Of a stretch of DNA of 64,000 bases, positions 23,398-34,053 are shown in pieces. Origin of the DNA: Hyaloraphidium curvatum SAG 235-1 (taxonomy: Eukaryota > Fungi > Monoblepharomycota); contig JAIVFI010000038.1 in NCBI GenBank assembly GCA_025558095.1, positions 186,001 to 250,000 on the forward strand, read 5' to 3'. The notes beneath the pieces are model-generated. The model saw only the letters and a program-made list of their open reading frames with translations. It was not told the origin of the DNA and ran no database searches. Every line of letters starts with the position of its first letter. Positions within the stretch are counted from its first letter, which is position 1. Both the position numbers and the translations under genes were made by a program.

Positions 23398-25948
23398 ATG
23401 AGCCAGCGGCGCACGACACTAGGCGTGATCCAGGAACCGCAGCTCGGGAATCCCGCTCGGAGCGGAGGGGCAGCTGGGCAAATGGCGGCGGCAAAGGCGG
23501 TCGCCCAGACGACGGGCAGGCCGTCCTTCGCTCCTTCTCGGACCTCCAACGTGCGGCCCGGAATGGGAATGATCATGGACGGCATGGCAGGATTGTCTGT
23601 GGCCGGCCCACCGGCCCTTTTGGGTGGGAGGCAAACATCGAGCTTGGCCGGCGGGAACCGGTGGGCACCAGTCGGGAGCGCGTCGGCGCCGAGCCCTGAC
23701 CCTTCGATCAAGGCGGTCGAGCTCGTTTGCGCCGCGCCCGTCGTCGGCCTCGTTCGCGCAGCCGGTCATTACGAAGGAGCCGCGCCCGATACGAGACAAG
23801 GCATGGCAGGCCAACGCCATCCGCACGCTCATCAACTTCTTGCTCGGGGCCGGGTATCCACATCCTGTTTCGGCGAAAACGCTCCAGGCGCCCAGCCAGA
23901 AGGACTTTCAGTCCATTTTCAAGTTCCTGTACGCGCAGCTGGATCCCAAGTACGACTACCAGAAGAAGTTCGAGGAGGAAGTGCCGGGCATCATGAAGGG
24001 CCTGCGGTTCGTCATTGGCCCGGGGCCGTCGTGCGTAAGGTCAGGCTGACGTCCGGGGCTATAGCTACCCTTTTGCGGACCAGATCAGCAAGTCCCAGCT
24101 CGTATCGGTCGGATCAATGCACGCTTGGCCGTCGCTCCTGGCAGCGCTGACTTGGATGGTGGAGCTCATTGTGGTATTGTCCTGGCGGGATTCCATCCGG
24201 CCCTTTGCTGAGCTCGGTCGCCGCGCCAGGCATGTGACCAGATGGACGGAGACTCGGAGCTCGACGAGTTTGGAGGCAAGGTGGACGGCGTCAACGATCC
24301 TGCGCATGCGGAAAAGATCTTCTTCGAGTATTTGAGCAAAGCGTACGCCATCTTCCTGGCCGGTGACGACAACTACGACGCCATGGACTCGGAGTTGATC
24401 GCCAGCTTTGGTCGGTCTTCCGCTCTGCGCCTTTCTTCTGCCGAGCTCATAGTGTCTTGTTGCTGCCAGATCGAAAGAACGAACTGGTTATTCGCCAGAT
24501 CGAGCGCCTGAAGGCTGATAACGATGCCTTTGCTGCGGAGCTCCGGAACCTGAACGAAGGAGAGGTTGGATACGGCAATCCGGAGCACTGTTCGGCCTGA
24601 CCCCTGACGGGAATTCGTGCTCCAGGATCCTCTGCTCACGCTCGGCAAAGAACGGGATGGTCTGCAGCACGACAAGGAGAATTTCCAGAACTACCAGTCT
24701 CACCTCGAGAACAAGAAATCCAAGTCCTTGGAAGCGGCCCGCAAGGCAAGGGAGGATGCCGCACACGCGGGTGAGTTTGTCGTCCGCACGTCGGAATACG
24801 TCATTCAATGCATCCATCAGAATCGGAGCTGCAACAGCTCCACGGCGAACGGGACGCATTGCAGTCTGCGGTCGACTCGCAGGAGATCAGGCCGGAGGAT
24901 GTGGACCGCATGAACGCGGAGAAGGACCAGCTAGCCCAGCAGATCACAGGAGCGCAGGCGAAGGCGGAGGATGTGTCCAAGTCGGTTTGGGAGCGGGAGA
25001 TTGCCGTCCAGAAGCGGATGGATCAGGTGAGTTCCGCTGCAGTGCTACCCCGGGACCCACGGTTCATTCTCCCACACGCACAACCAGCTCGAGAAGCTGG
25101 TACAGGACTACAACGGCCTGTACTACCGCCTCAGTGCCATGGACACGTCCTTGGCGGGTTCAGACGTGAAGTTCGAGCTCGAAGTCAACGTTCACGCATC
25201 GAAGGCCGAGCTTGCCACGAACGTGGACTTGCGGGGAAAGATACGGGTGAGCCTTACTTGCATCTCGCGTAGGCCGCACAGCTGACGTGCTGTTTGGAAG
25301 CCATCTCTCCTCCGGCTCCAGGCGAAGCACAATGCCAACGCACATCGCTATGCCGACGAAAGCATAGCCTTGCAGGAAAAGCTGGATAGCCTAGCGGAGC
25401 AGATTAGCGACAAGATGGAGGAGCTCAAGGGTATCGAGGCCCGCATCAAGCGATTCAATGACCAGTACCTCGAGGAGAAAGAGGTCAGTTGAAGGCGCTC
25501 GCAATTGTTTTGCGCACGCAGCTGAAGAAAGCCCACCGAAGGCAATGGTCTCGGAGAACTCCGCCAACAGTGCCGAGGTCGAGCACATGGAGAACGAAAT
25601 CCAACGGATACGGATGGAAGCAACCAACGGCCTCTTGCAGAGCCAGCAAAGGGCGCAGAAGGTTACCATGGAGTACGTACCGTCCGGCTTGTACGCCACG
25701 GCATCTAACCCTCGCCGTTCAGGTACGACCAAAACCTGCGCAAATCCAACGAGCTGAAGGAGGAGGTCGCGAAGGAGATGTTCCGGGTCCTGGAAGATCT
25801 GATCTCCTTCAAGACCCACGTCGACACCTCCCTCGAGCGATTGCTCGCGGAGACCCAACTGGACTTCCAACCTTCTTTGACCGGCCCGGGACCGCGCACG
25901 CCGAGCAGACGAAGCAGCCGATCTTCATCCTTGAGCCGAGTACAATAG
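23398..25948 (+). CDS. NDC80: Kinetochore protein Ndc80/Hec1
   Basis: Disordered N-tail, KEPRPIRDKAWQ, CH domain (PSQKDFQSIFKFLY, YPFADQISKS, HAWPSLLAALTWMV), long coiled coil. Confidence 0.92.
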
Positions 25949-25987
25949 TCGATACAATGTAGTCAGATCTTATCACACCATTCCACG

Positions 25988-27745
25988 TCAAGAGCTCTTG
26001 GTCAAGAGGTCCGCAGGCTTCTTGAGCCGCGTGTCCGCCGTCCATATCAGGCTGTCAACAAGCCCGGCCACGGTAAAGATACCGCCAACAACCGCACAAA
26101 CCCCCGTAAGGAACGATCCAAACGACTTGCGCGACTCTGCGTAGATCACGGTCATCGGAGAGATTTCAAAGTTGAAAAAGACACCTGGTTCGCAGGAATG
26201 AGAAACGGCACACCAGGGCCCGGGCTTCGACACGCTACCAGGTAGTCCGACGTGACCCCGGCCATCCGCGGACAGCGTCGACTTCTCATGCTCGGTCACG
26301 CTGTACTGATTCGTCGAAACGATGCTCCCGTTCATGTACTGGAACCTCGTGCCCACGACCTTGATGAAGTACTGATACATGTGCGAGGCTGGAGTGCGGG
26401 GTCAGAACTCAGCCAAAGGCGGAAGCGGAGCTGCACAAACAATCCGGCGAGGTCTTCACGATGCCATCCAAAGGATTGGCAAACGCAGCCACCTTGCCGA
26501 AATTGAGGTAGTGGATCACGTGTGACCAATCGTTCTTCGTTCCCTCCCCTCCTTGCTGCTGAACAAAGGAATGGATGTCGTGGACGTGCATATGCGCTTG
26601 TTGGAACGATTTTCCCCTGCGCGGGTTCAGAGCCAGGAAGTTGGGAGGCGGGAGACGTTGCTCACGGCGCAAAATGCATGTTGCCCGCGACACGATTGAC
26701 TTCGACGTGTCCGTTTATGTTGCAGCCCTCGCCGGCCTGCTGCTTGACCTTGTCGACGTAGCCTTCCCGCAGGCACTACGAGACGGTGCGGAGCGTGACG
26801 AAAGCGCGATTATACTTGCGGCTAAATCCCATACCTGCTCGACTTCCTCGGGCCTGTTGAAGCTCCACCCTTTCCTCTGGTAGGCCTCGCGAACCTCGTC
26901 GCACGTGTTGCAGCACCCCTTTGGGTTCTCCTCCGTAGGTTTGGGGACCCCTCCATAGCAATCACCGCAATAGGAGGCGTCCAATGCTTTGGAGGTCAAG
27001 TTGGGCGTCGCCGCGTGCCCAATCTCTACGTTACCGCGCTTGTCAATGGCCGTCACCTTCGCAAGGACTTGCGTCCCACCTCCTTTTGTCTCGGCGATCT
27101 TGGCCCCACTGCGATCCAGCCGAACCTTGAATATAGAGTGCGAGATGTCGTTTTGCTGCTCGGACGTTAGACGCGACGACCGACGACGAGGATCGCCACA
27201 AAGTACCTGCTCTCCAGCAACGTCCATTACATCCACGCCCACCACTGCCCTCGAATCGGTGAGACAAGCTCCCGACGGTCCTGTGTGACTGGTACCCACA
27301 AACGCACGGAACGTGGGGAAAGGTGATGTTCATCTCGATCCACAGCTTGTCCTTCCGGTTCTTCTCCACCACCATCGACGCCACCAATGTGGTCGATCTG
27401 TACTCCAGAAACTCGGATATGATCAAAATGGCGATGAAGAACGCGCTCGCAAGCGTGACTGGAGTTGACAGGAGTCGCTTAGGTCCGAAGCCCGTAGCCA
27501 GCACGCGCAGCGGCCCCAAGGAAGAGGTAGTCGTACGTACGGAACGCTCCAGAAGTCGTTTGAACCCGAAAGTCCTGCGTGCACGCGGACATTGGTTCTC
27601 AGGAGTGCGTCCCAGGTCCCGCCCGCGAAAGCTTCACCTCCATCGGCTTCGAGTAAGCGTCAAACTTCTTCACAGCCTCCATAATGGAGGATTGCGATAT
27701 AGAATCGCTGCTCTGGCCGACATTGCGGTGTCGGAGGCCAGACAT
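25988..27745 (-). CDS. ERV46: ER-Golgi COPII vesicle protein Erv46/ERGIC3
   Basis: KKFDAYSKPMEDFRVQT, NITFPHVPC, YCGDCYG..CCNTCDEVREAY, MYQYFIKVV, GVFFNFEISPM, FLTGVCAVVGGIFTV. Confidence 0.92.
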
Positions 27746-27849
27746 AGAGGGGGGACGTCGCGGACTGTCGCGATGACGATCAACGCCGGCGCTGTGACGA
27801 CGCCGGGGAGACGACGAGCGCGTCAACACCTGAGGGGCGCCCCGCAACG

Positions 27850-28731
27850 ATGTTCCGCAAGTGAGAACGTGATGAGGGGCCGTGCTGCGCGTAATTGAAT
27901 TTGCTTTGCAGATTCAGCTACAAGGACGATGTGACTGGACAGAGCCAGGTCCGGAGAGACCGTGCACCTGTCGACTCCCCTCAAATGCCGCCTCCTAGGT
28001 CAAATCTTCCGTGCAGCGGGGCATTCGGGCCAAGATATTGGACCTTTATCCTGCTCTCACCCCCTTCATTGACGATTTGCTGCCGAAGAAGTCTCCGCTG
28101 GTGGTTGCCAAGTGGTGGGTGCTCTCGAACTCTCTTGAACGGCACATGAACGTCTCTTCCAGCCCCGACCACATTAATCTGGTGACCGTGGACCAGCAAA
28201 TCCATTTCTTCAACGTCTACGATGGCCCCTATCTCCCGCTTCTCCGTCTCCTGCACGAATGTGGGCCGAACGTGCCGCTGTTCGAAGCCGGGAGTGCTTA
28301 CACGTGTGCTACACCATTCTACAAAGACCCCGATATCATGGTTCGGGTGCAGGTCGATCGCGGAGCCGTCAAGTTCCTTCTCGGCGGCGCCAACATCATG
28401 TGCCCCGGCCTGACGTCCAAAGGAGCCAGGCTGCCGGACGAGGATTACCCAGTTGGCACACCCGTTGCGGTGTACGTCGAGGGCAAGGAACATGCCCTTG
28501 CCGTCGGCGTGACCAAGATGACGATCTCCGACATGTGAGCGCGGCCAGGCCGAGGGCAAAGTCCACTCTGACGCCGCCCTCCACAGAAAATCCATCAACA
28601 AGGGTGTCGGGGTCGAGGTCTACCATTGCCTGGCTGATGGTCTCTGGGTATGGGCTACCACGCAACTGATCAATGTCGGAACCTGACGCCCAACCCCGAC
28701 CCAGGCCAACGGAAAGGGGACTGGCACGTAG
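27850..28731 (+). CDS. TMA20: PUA-domain translation factor Tma20/MCTS1
   Basis: MFRKF...VKSSVQRGIR, YLPLLRLLH, VQVDRGAVKFLLGGANIMCPGLTS, GKEHALAVG, DGLW; five GT-AG introns. Confidence 0.92.
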
Positions 28732-28733
28732 GG

Positions 28734-29163
28734 TCACTCCGGCGCATCGGCTCGCTTCGCCTCCTTGAGCGCCGCAGTGAGAAAGCGCTTTGCTGCGTCC
28801 TTGTCGATCTTCATCGTCGGTTTGTGCGACCCCTCCGCGGTAGCAACCTTGATGAAGTAGGACTTGATCCGGTCGAGCTCGCCCTTCACCTGATGTTCCT
28901 TTGGGTTGAGGCCGTTGGTCTTCAAATACACTGCGAGACCGAGGTCATGCTAGCTCGGCACAACCGTACGACGTCGACGAACCGTAGAAGAGCGTCGCGA
29001 TGGAGAACGCGAGGGTGGAGGTCAGTTTGGCGGATTCGAGGGGCTGCAGGTCCGCCAAATGGTCCGCCAGGTCGCTTTCGAGGAGAGACTCCAGATGCTG
29101 CTCAATCTCGGAGACCGCAGTCTCCAGGCCTTCCAGGTGCTCGACGAGCTCCTCGTCCGACAT
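28734..29163 (-). CDS. LRP1: Exosome cofactor C1D/Rrp47 (Sas10/C1D domain)
   Basis: LQPLESAKL..TLAFSIATLFYVYLKTNGLNPKEHQVKGELDRIKSYFIK, IDKDAAKRF. Confidence 0.85.
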
Positions 29164-29257
29164 CGAAAGCAAGGCACCCAATGTTTACAGCGGCGCCGCG
29201 CGGCGTCGATTGACTCGTCGTCATCCCGATCAAACGCACATACTCTGCAAACTCATA

Positions 29258-29940
29258 ATGAAGCGGAAACCGGAAGCGACGGACAGCGCGGGAACACCGT
29301 CTTCCGCCGAGCCGGTGCGCCTGCCGAACATTCTGATCACGGGGACGCCCGGGACGGGCAAGACGACGACGAGCGAGATGCTGCAGATCGCCGTGCCCGG
29401 CATGCGCCATGTGAACGTGGGGGCGCTTGTGAAGGACAAGGGCCTGCACTATGGATGGGACGACGAGTGGGAGAGCTGGATCCTGGACGAGGACAAGCTG
29501 GTGGACGAGCTGGAGCCGATCTTGCAACGAGGGGGCCAGATTGTCGACCACCACGGGTGCGATTTCTTACCGGAGGAACTCATTGAGCTCGTTGTGGTTC
29601 TGCGCACGGATAACTCGATTCTGGGCAAGCGGCTGGATGACAGGTGGCATCTCTGGGCGGGTTTGGGCCCACGGTCCGCTCACGGTCGTCTTGCAGGGGC
29701 TATTCCGAGCGCAAAGTCACCGAGAACATTGAGGCCGAGATCATGCAGGTCGTTCTCGAGGAGGCGCGGGAAGCATTTCCGGTCGAGAAGATACTGGAGC
29801 TCGAATCCAACTCTCTCCACGACATGGAGGAGAACGTCGCCCGTCTTCGCAGCTGGATTGGGTCGTGGCGGACGCCAAAACGGACTAAAGCCGCAGAAAG
29901 GGACAGCAGCGGCGACGATGGCGGCGATGATGACGTGTAA
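29258..29940 (+). CDS. FAP7: Adenylate kinase 6 / Fap7
   Basis: PNILITGTPGTGKTT, DEDKLVDELE, IVDHHGCDFLPE, RGYSERKVTENIEAEIM; one intron. Confidence 0.93.
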
Positions 29941-29988
29941 AGCCGTCTTTATATCTGGTAGCACACGAGGGACCGATGAAATCCACCT

Positions 29989-31194
29989 TCAAGCCATGCA
30001 GATCAGAGGGAATACCCCTTCGACCCCAGCCTGTCCGTTGCGAGGCAAGTGCCTGCCAAGCGCCCACCTGGAGAGCTGCATGTCAACCCAAAGACAGGCG
30101 CAGAGCCCGCAAGCGACGCACCCATCAAGATACTCCGTGATCACCATAACTTTGTCTCCAACAGTGAGCGTCAGCTCGTCCTGGAAAGCCGTCAGCATCG
30201 GATCCAATCGGTTCACGGCCGGTCTTGCCTTTTCCACCGCCCTGTAGTTCCGCACGCACGTCATGGTCCGAACCCCCGGCGTTGGCGTCGCGGCCGGCGC
30301 CTGCGGCGGAGCGGCTGCGACAGCGCCGGTACTAGGCGTTCCCGAGGCAGCCGCAAGACTGGCCGCGGCGGGCAGGGGCTGTGCGATCGCGGTGGTGGGC
30401 GGCAGGGTCGCAGGAGCCATCTGCGCCGTCGCAGCCATCACGTAGTCATCCGGCCTGCCTGCCATCTGGGGCTGCGTACGCGCAACTGGGGAGGGTTGCG
30501 AAGCCTTGCCCTTCTTTCCCCTCCCCCCGGCATCCTCGCGCATTGCGTCCCTGGCCCCCGCAGCAAAGAACCACACCGCGAGCGCGAGGACCGTGCCCCC
30601 GGCGATGCCCACGACGATCCACTGCACAAGGCCCGCCAATTTCTTCAACGGATCGCTAGCAGGAAGCTTCTGGAACTCGAGCAGCACGTCGGCAAACATG
30701 GCAGCGCCCAGCCCGCACAGCACCAAGGCGCATGCGACCGCGAGCGCCCCGGACAGGGAGCATACGTTGGTGTCGTGGGCATCGCGCCTTTGGCTGGTGG
30801 AGCTCGCAACCTTTGCAGCGCGATTCCGGCGCCAGTCGTCGACAACGATGGCGAGGAGGCCGAGCACGAGGGCGGTCGAAACCACGGCAACGGTCAGGGC
30901 AAACGTCCAATCGATGGCGAAGAGACCAAACTCCCAGACGTAGATGACTCCTGCCGCACCGATGGCAAAGCTGGTGAACCAGGCGGCCCAGGGCCACACC
31001 CGGCGGCGGGGGACTGCTAGGGCCGCAAGGGCTCCCAGGAGCACGGCGGCCCCCGACACCCCGAGGAGGACCCAGAGGATCAGGAAAGCCTGCCTCGAGT
31101 TGACCCTTTGCGTCCACAAGTAGCCAGTTGCGTTCACAAGGGCCGACGCGGCGAAGCCCGCCAGGAGCCAGGACGCCTGGAATGTGGTCAACAT
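29989..31194 (-). CDS. Multi-pass membrane protein with C-terminal SH3 domain
   Basis: About six hydrophobic segments, an Ala/Pro linker, then VRNYRAVEK|DELTLTVGDKVMVITEYLDG|WALG...EGVFPLIC (SH3 signature after removing two in-frame introns). Confidence 0.75.
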   Translation of the reverse strand: MLTTFQASWLLAGFAASALVNATGYLWTQRVNSRQAFLILWVLLGVSGAAVLLGALAALAVPRRRVWPWAAWFTSFAIGAAGVIYVWEFGLFAIDWTFALTVAVVSTALVLGLLAIVVDDWRRNRAAKVASSTSQRRDAHDTNVCSLSGALAVACALVLCGLGAAMFADVLLEFQKLPASDPLKKLAGLVQWIVVGIAGGTVLALAVWFFAAGARDAMREDAGGRGKKGKASQPSPVARTQPQMAGRPDDYVMAATAQMAPATLPPTTAIAQPLPAAASLAAASGTPSTGAVAAAPPQAPAATPTPGVRTMTCVRNYRAVEKARPAVNRLDPMLTAFQDELTLTVGDKVMVITEYLDGCVACGLCACLWVDMQLSRWALGRHLPRNGQAGVEGVFPLICMA

Positions 31195-31416
31195 GGTTCC
31201 TAACCGGGGGTCCGTTCAGCCGCGTGGGCGCTGCGTCCGGCCAGGCAACGCGGCGCCGGCTCCGCCTTCCTCAGACTTTTCAATCCGAAGCGGAGGATGC
31301 GGCGGACGCAGCCTCGATCGGCTTGTCGAGCCTCTGTTTGTGGACCCAGCACAACAGTGCACCGCCGGCAGTCACCAGCCACCTGGAGCCGCACTTCAAC
31401 CGCTTGGGTGCGCGTC

Positions 31417-34053
31417 ATGGAATCATGGGACCTCGAGCACGAGCTCGAGGCGTATTTCATGACCCAGGCAGACGCTGCGCTCCTGAGGCAATGTCGGGAT
31501 GCGTATCAGGGCCGCTTTGAGCCGGGGACTGGAGGATCCGGATTCGACGCGCTCGAGGAACGCGCGGCCGTCTTGGCGGAAGACTTGGAGACCACCGCAG
31601 ATAGAGCGATCCCTGCTGCAAAAGGTCTCCTTTATGTCGCGCTAGGTACGCGGGCAATGCGGTTCGGTGGAGGCCGTACAAAGTACCCGCACGCAGGTAC
31701 CTACGGCGCCGGGATCGAACGAGAGGAATGGATCCAACGCGTGCGCACCGGGACCGCACTGCTGGAAGCTCTCGGAGTCTTCAGCTTTCACATGGACTAC
31801 GTGTGCGGCTTTGCAAAGTCGCCGAACCCGGCGCTAGATTTCCTTGACGTCGACCCCATGGAAAAGCCGGAGTCGACGTCATCGCGCTCCTTCAGCCTTT
31901 CGCTGGCCTTTCTTTTCGTTTTCCTCGCCGTCGACGTGGATCGCAGAGAGGCCACGCGCGACCCTAGCCTAGGTTCGGCACCCTCGAACCCATCTCGTGT
32001 GTGGCCACCGACGCTATGCTCTCCAGATCCGGGCTATGTCTCTGTCCTGGTTTCTATTGCGTCGTCTGTGTGCCGTCTGTTGCTGCTTTTGGCGGAAAAG
32101 AGCAAGGACGATCCCAGAATACGAAAGGTACGTCGATTCTTTGGTTCGAGCCTGCGCTGCTGACACGCAGAATGGAAAGGCTCTGATGGTGCTGAAAAGC
32201 GTGCTGCGCATTGTCGTTTCTTCGAAGGAGGTTCGAGAAGCCCTGAAACCGGTGCGCTTCGCCCTGGAGGGCCTTTCTACCGTAGAAGCGGAGACCGAAT
32301 CCTCGCAGTATGTGTCGCCGGCGGACTACTCTCGCTTCGTAGCTGCCACGCGGGTCAGGTACCCTAGCGTGGTTTTGCCCGAGCTGAAGGAGCTGTTCAG
32401 TCTCGATCTTCCCTGGCACTTTCTCCCCGGTGTCAATGAAGACGATCGGCTCGAAGCGCCACCAGACGAACAGGAATCGCTTCAAAACGAGCTGCTCAGT
32501 CCCACCATGGCGGTCGCGGAAGCGGCACGGGCTTTTGCGTCTCGTACGGGCCTGCGCGTGGACGACGTCCAGGTTGCCAGGGAAAGGCTCGGGCAGCTGC
32601 GCGCCGGTTATGGACTCATGGATTCTGCGGCGGGGTCCGAGTTGCCTGCCTTTCGTGGCCTTGGATTGGCACACGGATCTTACCTGCAGGCAGGAGATGA
32701 ACTTTACGTGTGTTGCGATTGCGCCGCGATTTTCCGCACTCCGTTATTTAAACGTGCCGTTCGCAGGAGACCCTGCTTCCTGATCTTCCAGCACTGTTGG
32801 GTGTTCTAATCCGGATTCTCTACTACACGAATCTGGGACAGCAGCAAGAACTAGCGTCCGCGGCGTCGCTTGAGCTGTCTTCCGCGGCTGGTGCCGAGCC
32901 AGTCCAAGATGATCTTCAATCCGGGGCCGCCAAACGACAAGCTGCGTCCGTGTTCGAAGCCATGTCTGCACGAGAAGCTGTTAGCAACGCTGTCGCTTCG
33001 ATTGTTCTCGACCTCATGAGAGTGTCGAAACGAACGCGTAAGGCGCTCTCGTTGTTCCTCGGTCGCCTCTAACTGGTTGCCTGTGCAGATTTTCTGCGCT
33101 TGGAACATGTGTGTCAAATCCTGCACGACAACAATGGCCCCATCCTTATTCTCAAGCTGCTGAGCACTTGGTTTCAGCCTAGGACGGACGCGGCGCAAGC
33201 ATACCCAGGTCCGCAGACCGTTACGGATGCTCCCGCGGACGTCGATGCCGCCGCCGGATCCGGGCTTGCAGGATTGCCAAAATGGTTGCAGCGGCGAGTC
33301 ACGCCGGAGGATCTCTGGTAAGAAACGTGCCTTTGGCATCAGCAGCAGTCTGCTTAGCGCGCACGTGCAGCACCTTCCCGGTAGGAGCTGCTCCAGAAGA
33401 CGAACTGGTGCCACATCGGCGGAACTTGTCCACGTCGTGCTTGTTGCTTGGCGCACTTCATCATCTGACGAAAAGGCGGCCCACCCGAATCGCGGCGCTG
33501 GTGCAGTGGAAGGCTTCGGCGGTACTAAAGCGCATCCTGCGCGTGGAGCATGACGAGCTGCGTGTTCGGGCGCTCAAGATATTGAAGAGCCAGCTTCCGT
33601 ATCTGGGAAAGAAGTGGCGAAATGGTGTGTGCTTTCTCCCTCTTGCCGACGTTCTTCGTTGCCTGACATCATTTAGCAAACATGAGAGTCATTACTGCCA
33701 TCTACTTGCATTTGGGCTTGGATTTTGCCGAGTTGACCGACCGGGACGAACCGAGCGGGACTGACGGCGAGCCGGTGTCCGCAGACGACGAAGTCCTGCG
33801 CAGCGTCGTCTCGTTCTACCATTCACGACGCTTTCCGTACATCACGGGGGCGCAAAAGGATGCGGCGGCTCCGTACCTCCCAGACGTGAACCTCGCGTGG
33901 AACTTAAACGGGCCGCAAGTGGCCTTCCACGACGACATCGAGCTCCCCGACCCTGCCGTGCTCGACCGCCCACTACCGTGGTGGCCTCCTGTTGACTGCA
34001 ACGACTTCGCAGACTCCCGGCATGAGGTCACGAGGCCTCCAGCAACTGGCTGA
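31417..34053 (+). CDS. FAR11: STRIPAK component Far11/STRIP1-like (start uncertain)
   Basis: N-terminal LLYVALGTYG; C-terminal LHDNNGPILILKLL and LTKRRPTRIAALVQWKASAVLKRIL...ALKILKSQLPYLGKKWR.ANMRVITAIYLH, typical of the STRIP/Far11 C domain. Confidence 0.8.

Noticed and set aside
28640-28731. Second stwintron or non-canonical donor at the TMA20 last intron
   Set aside because: On recount, a canonical phase-0 GT-AG intron gives ANGKGTGT-stop.
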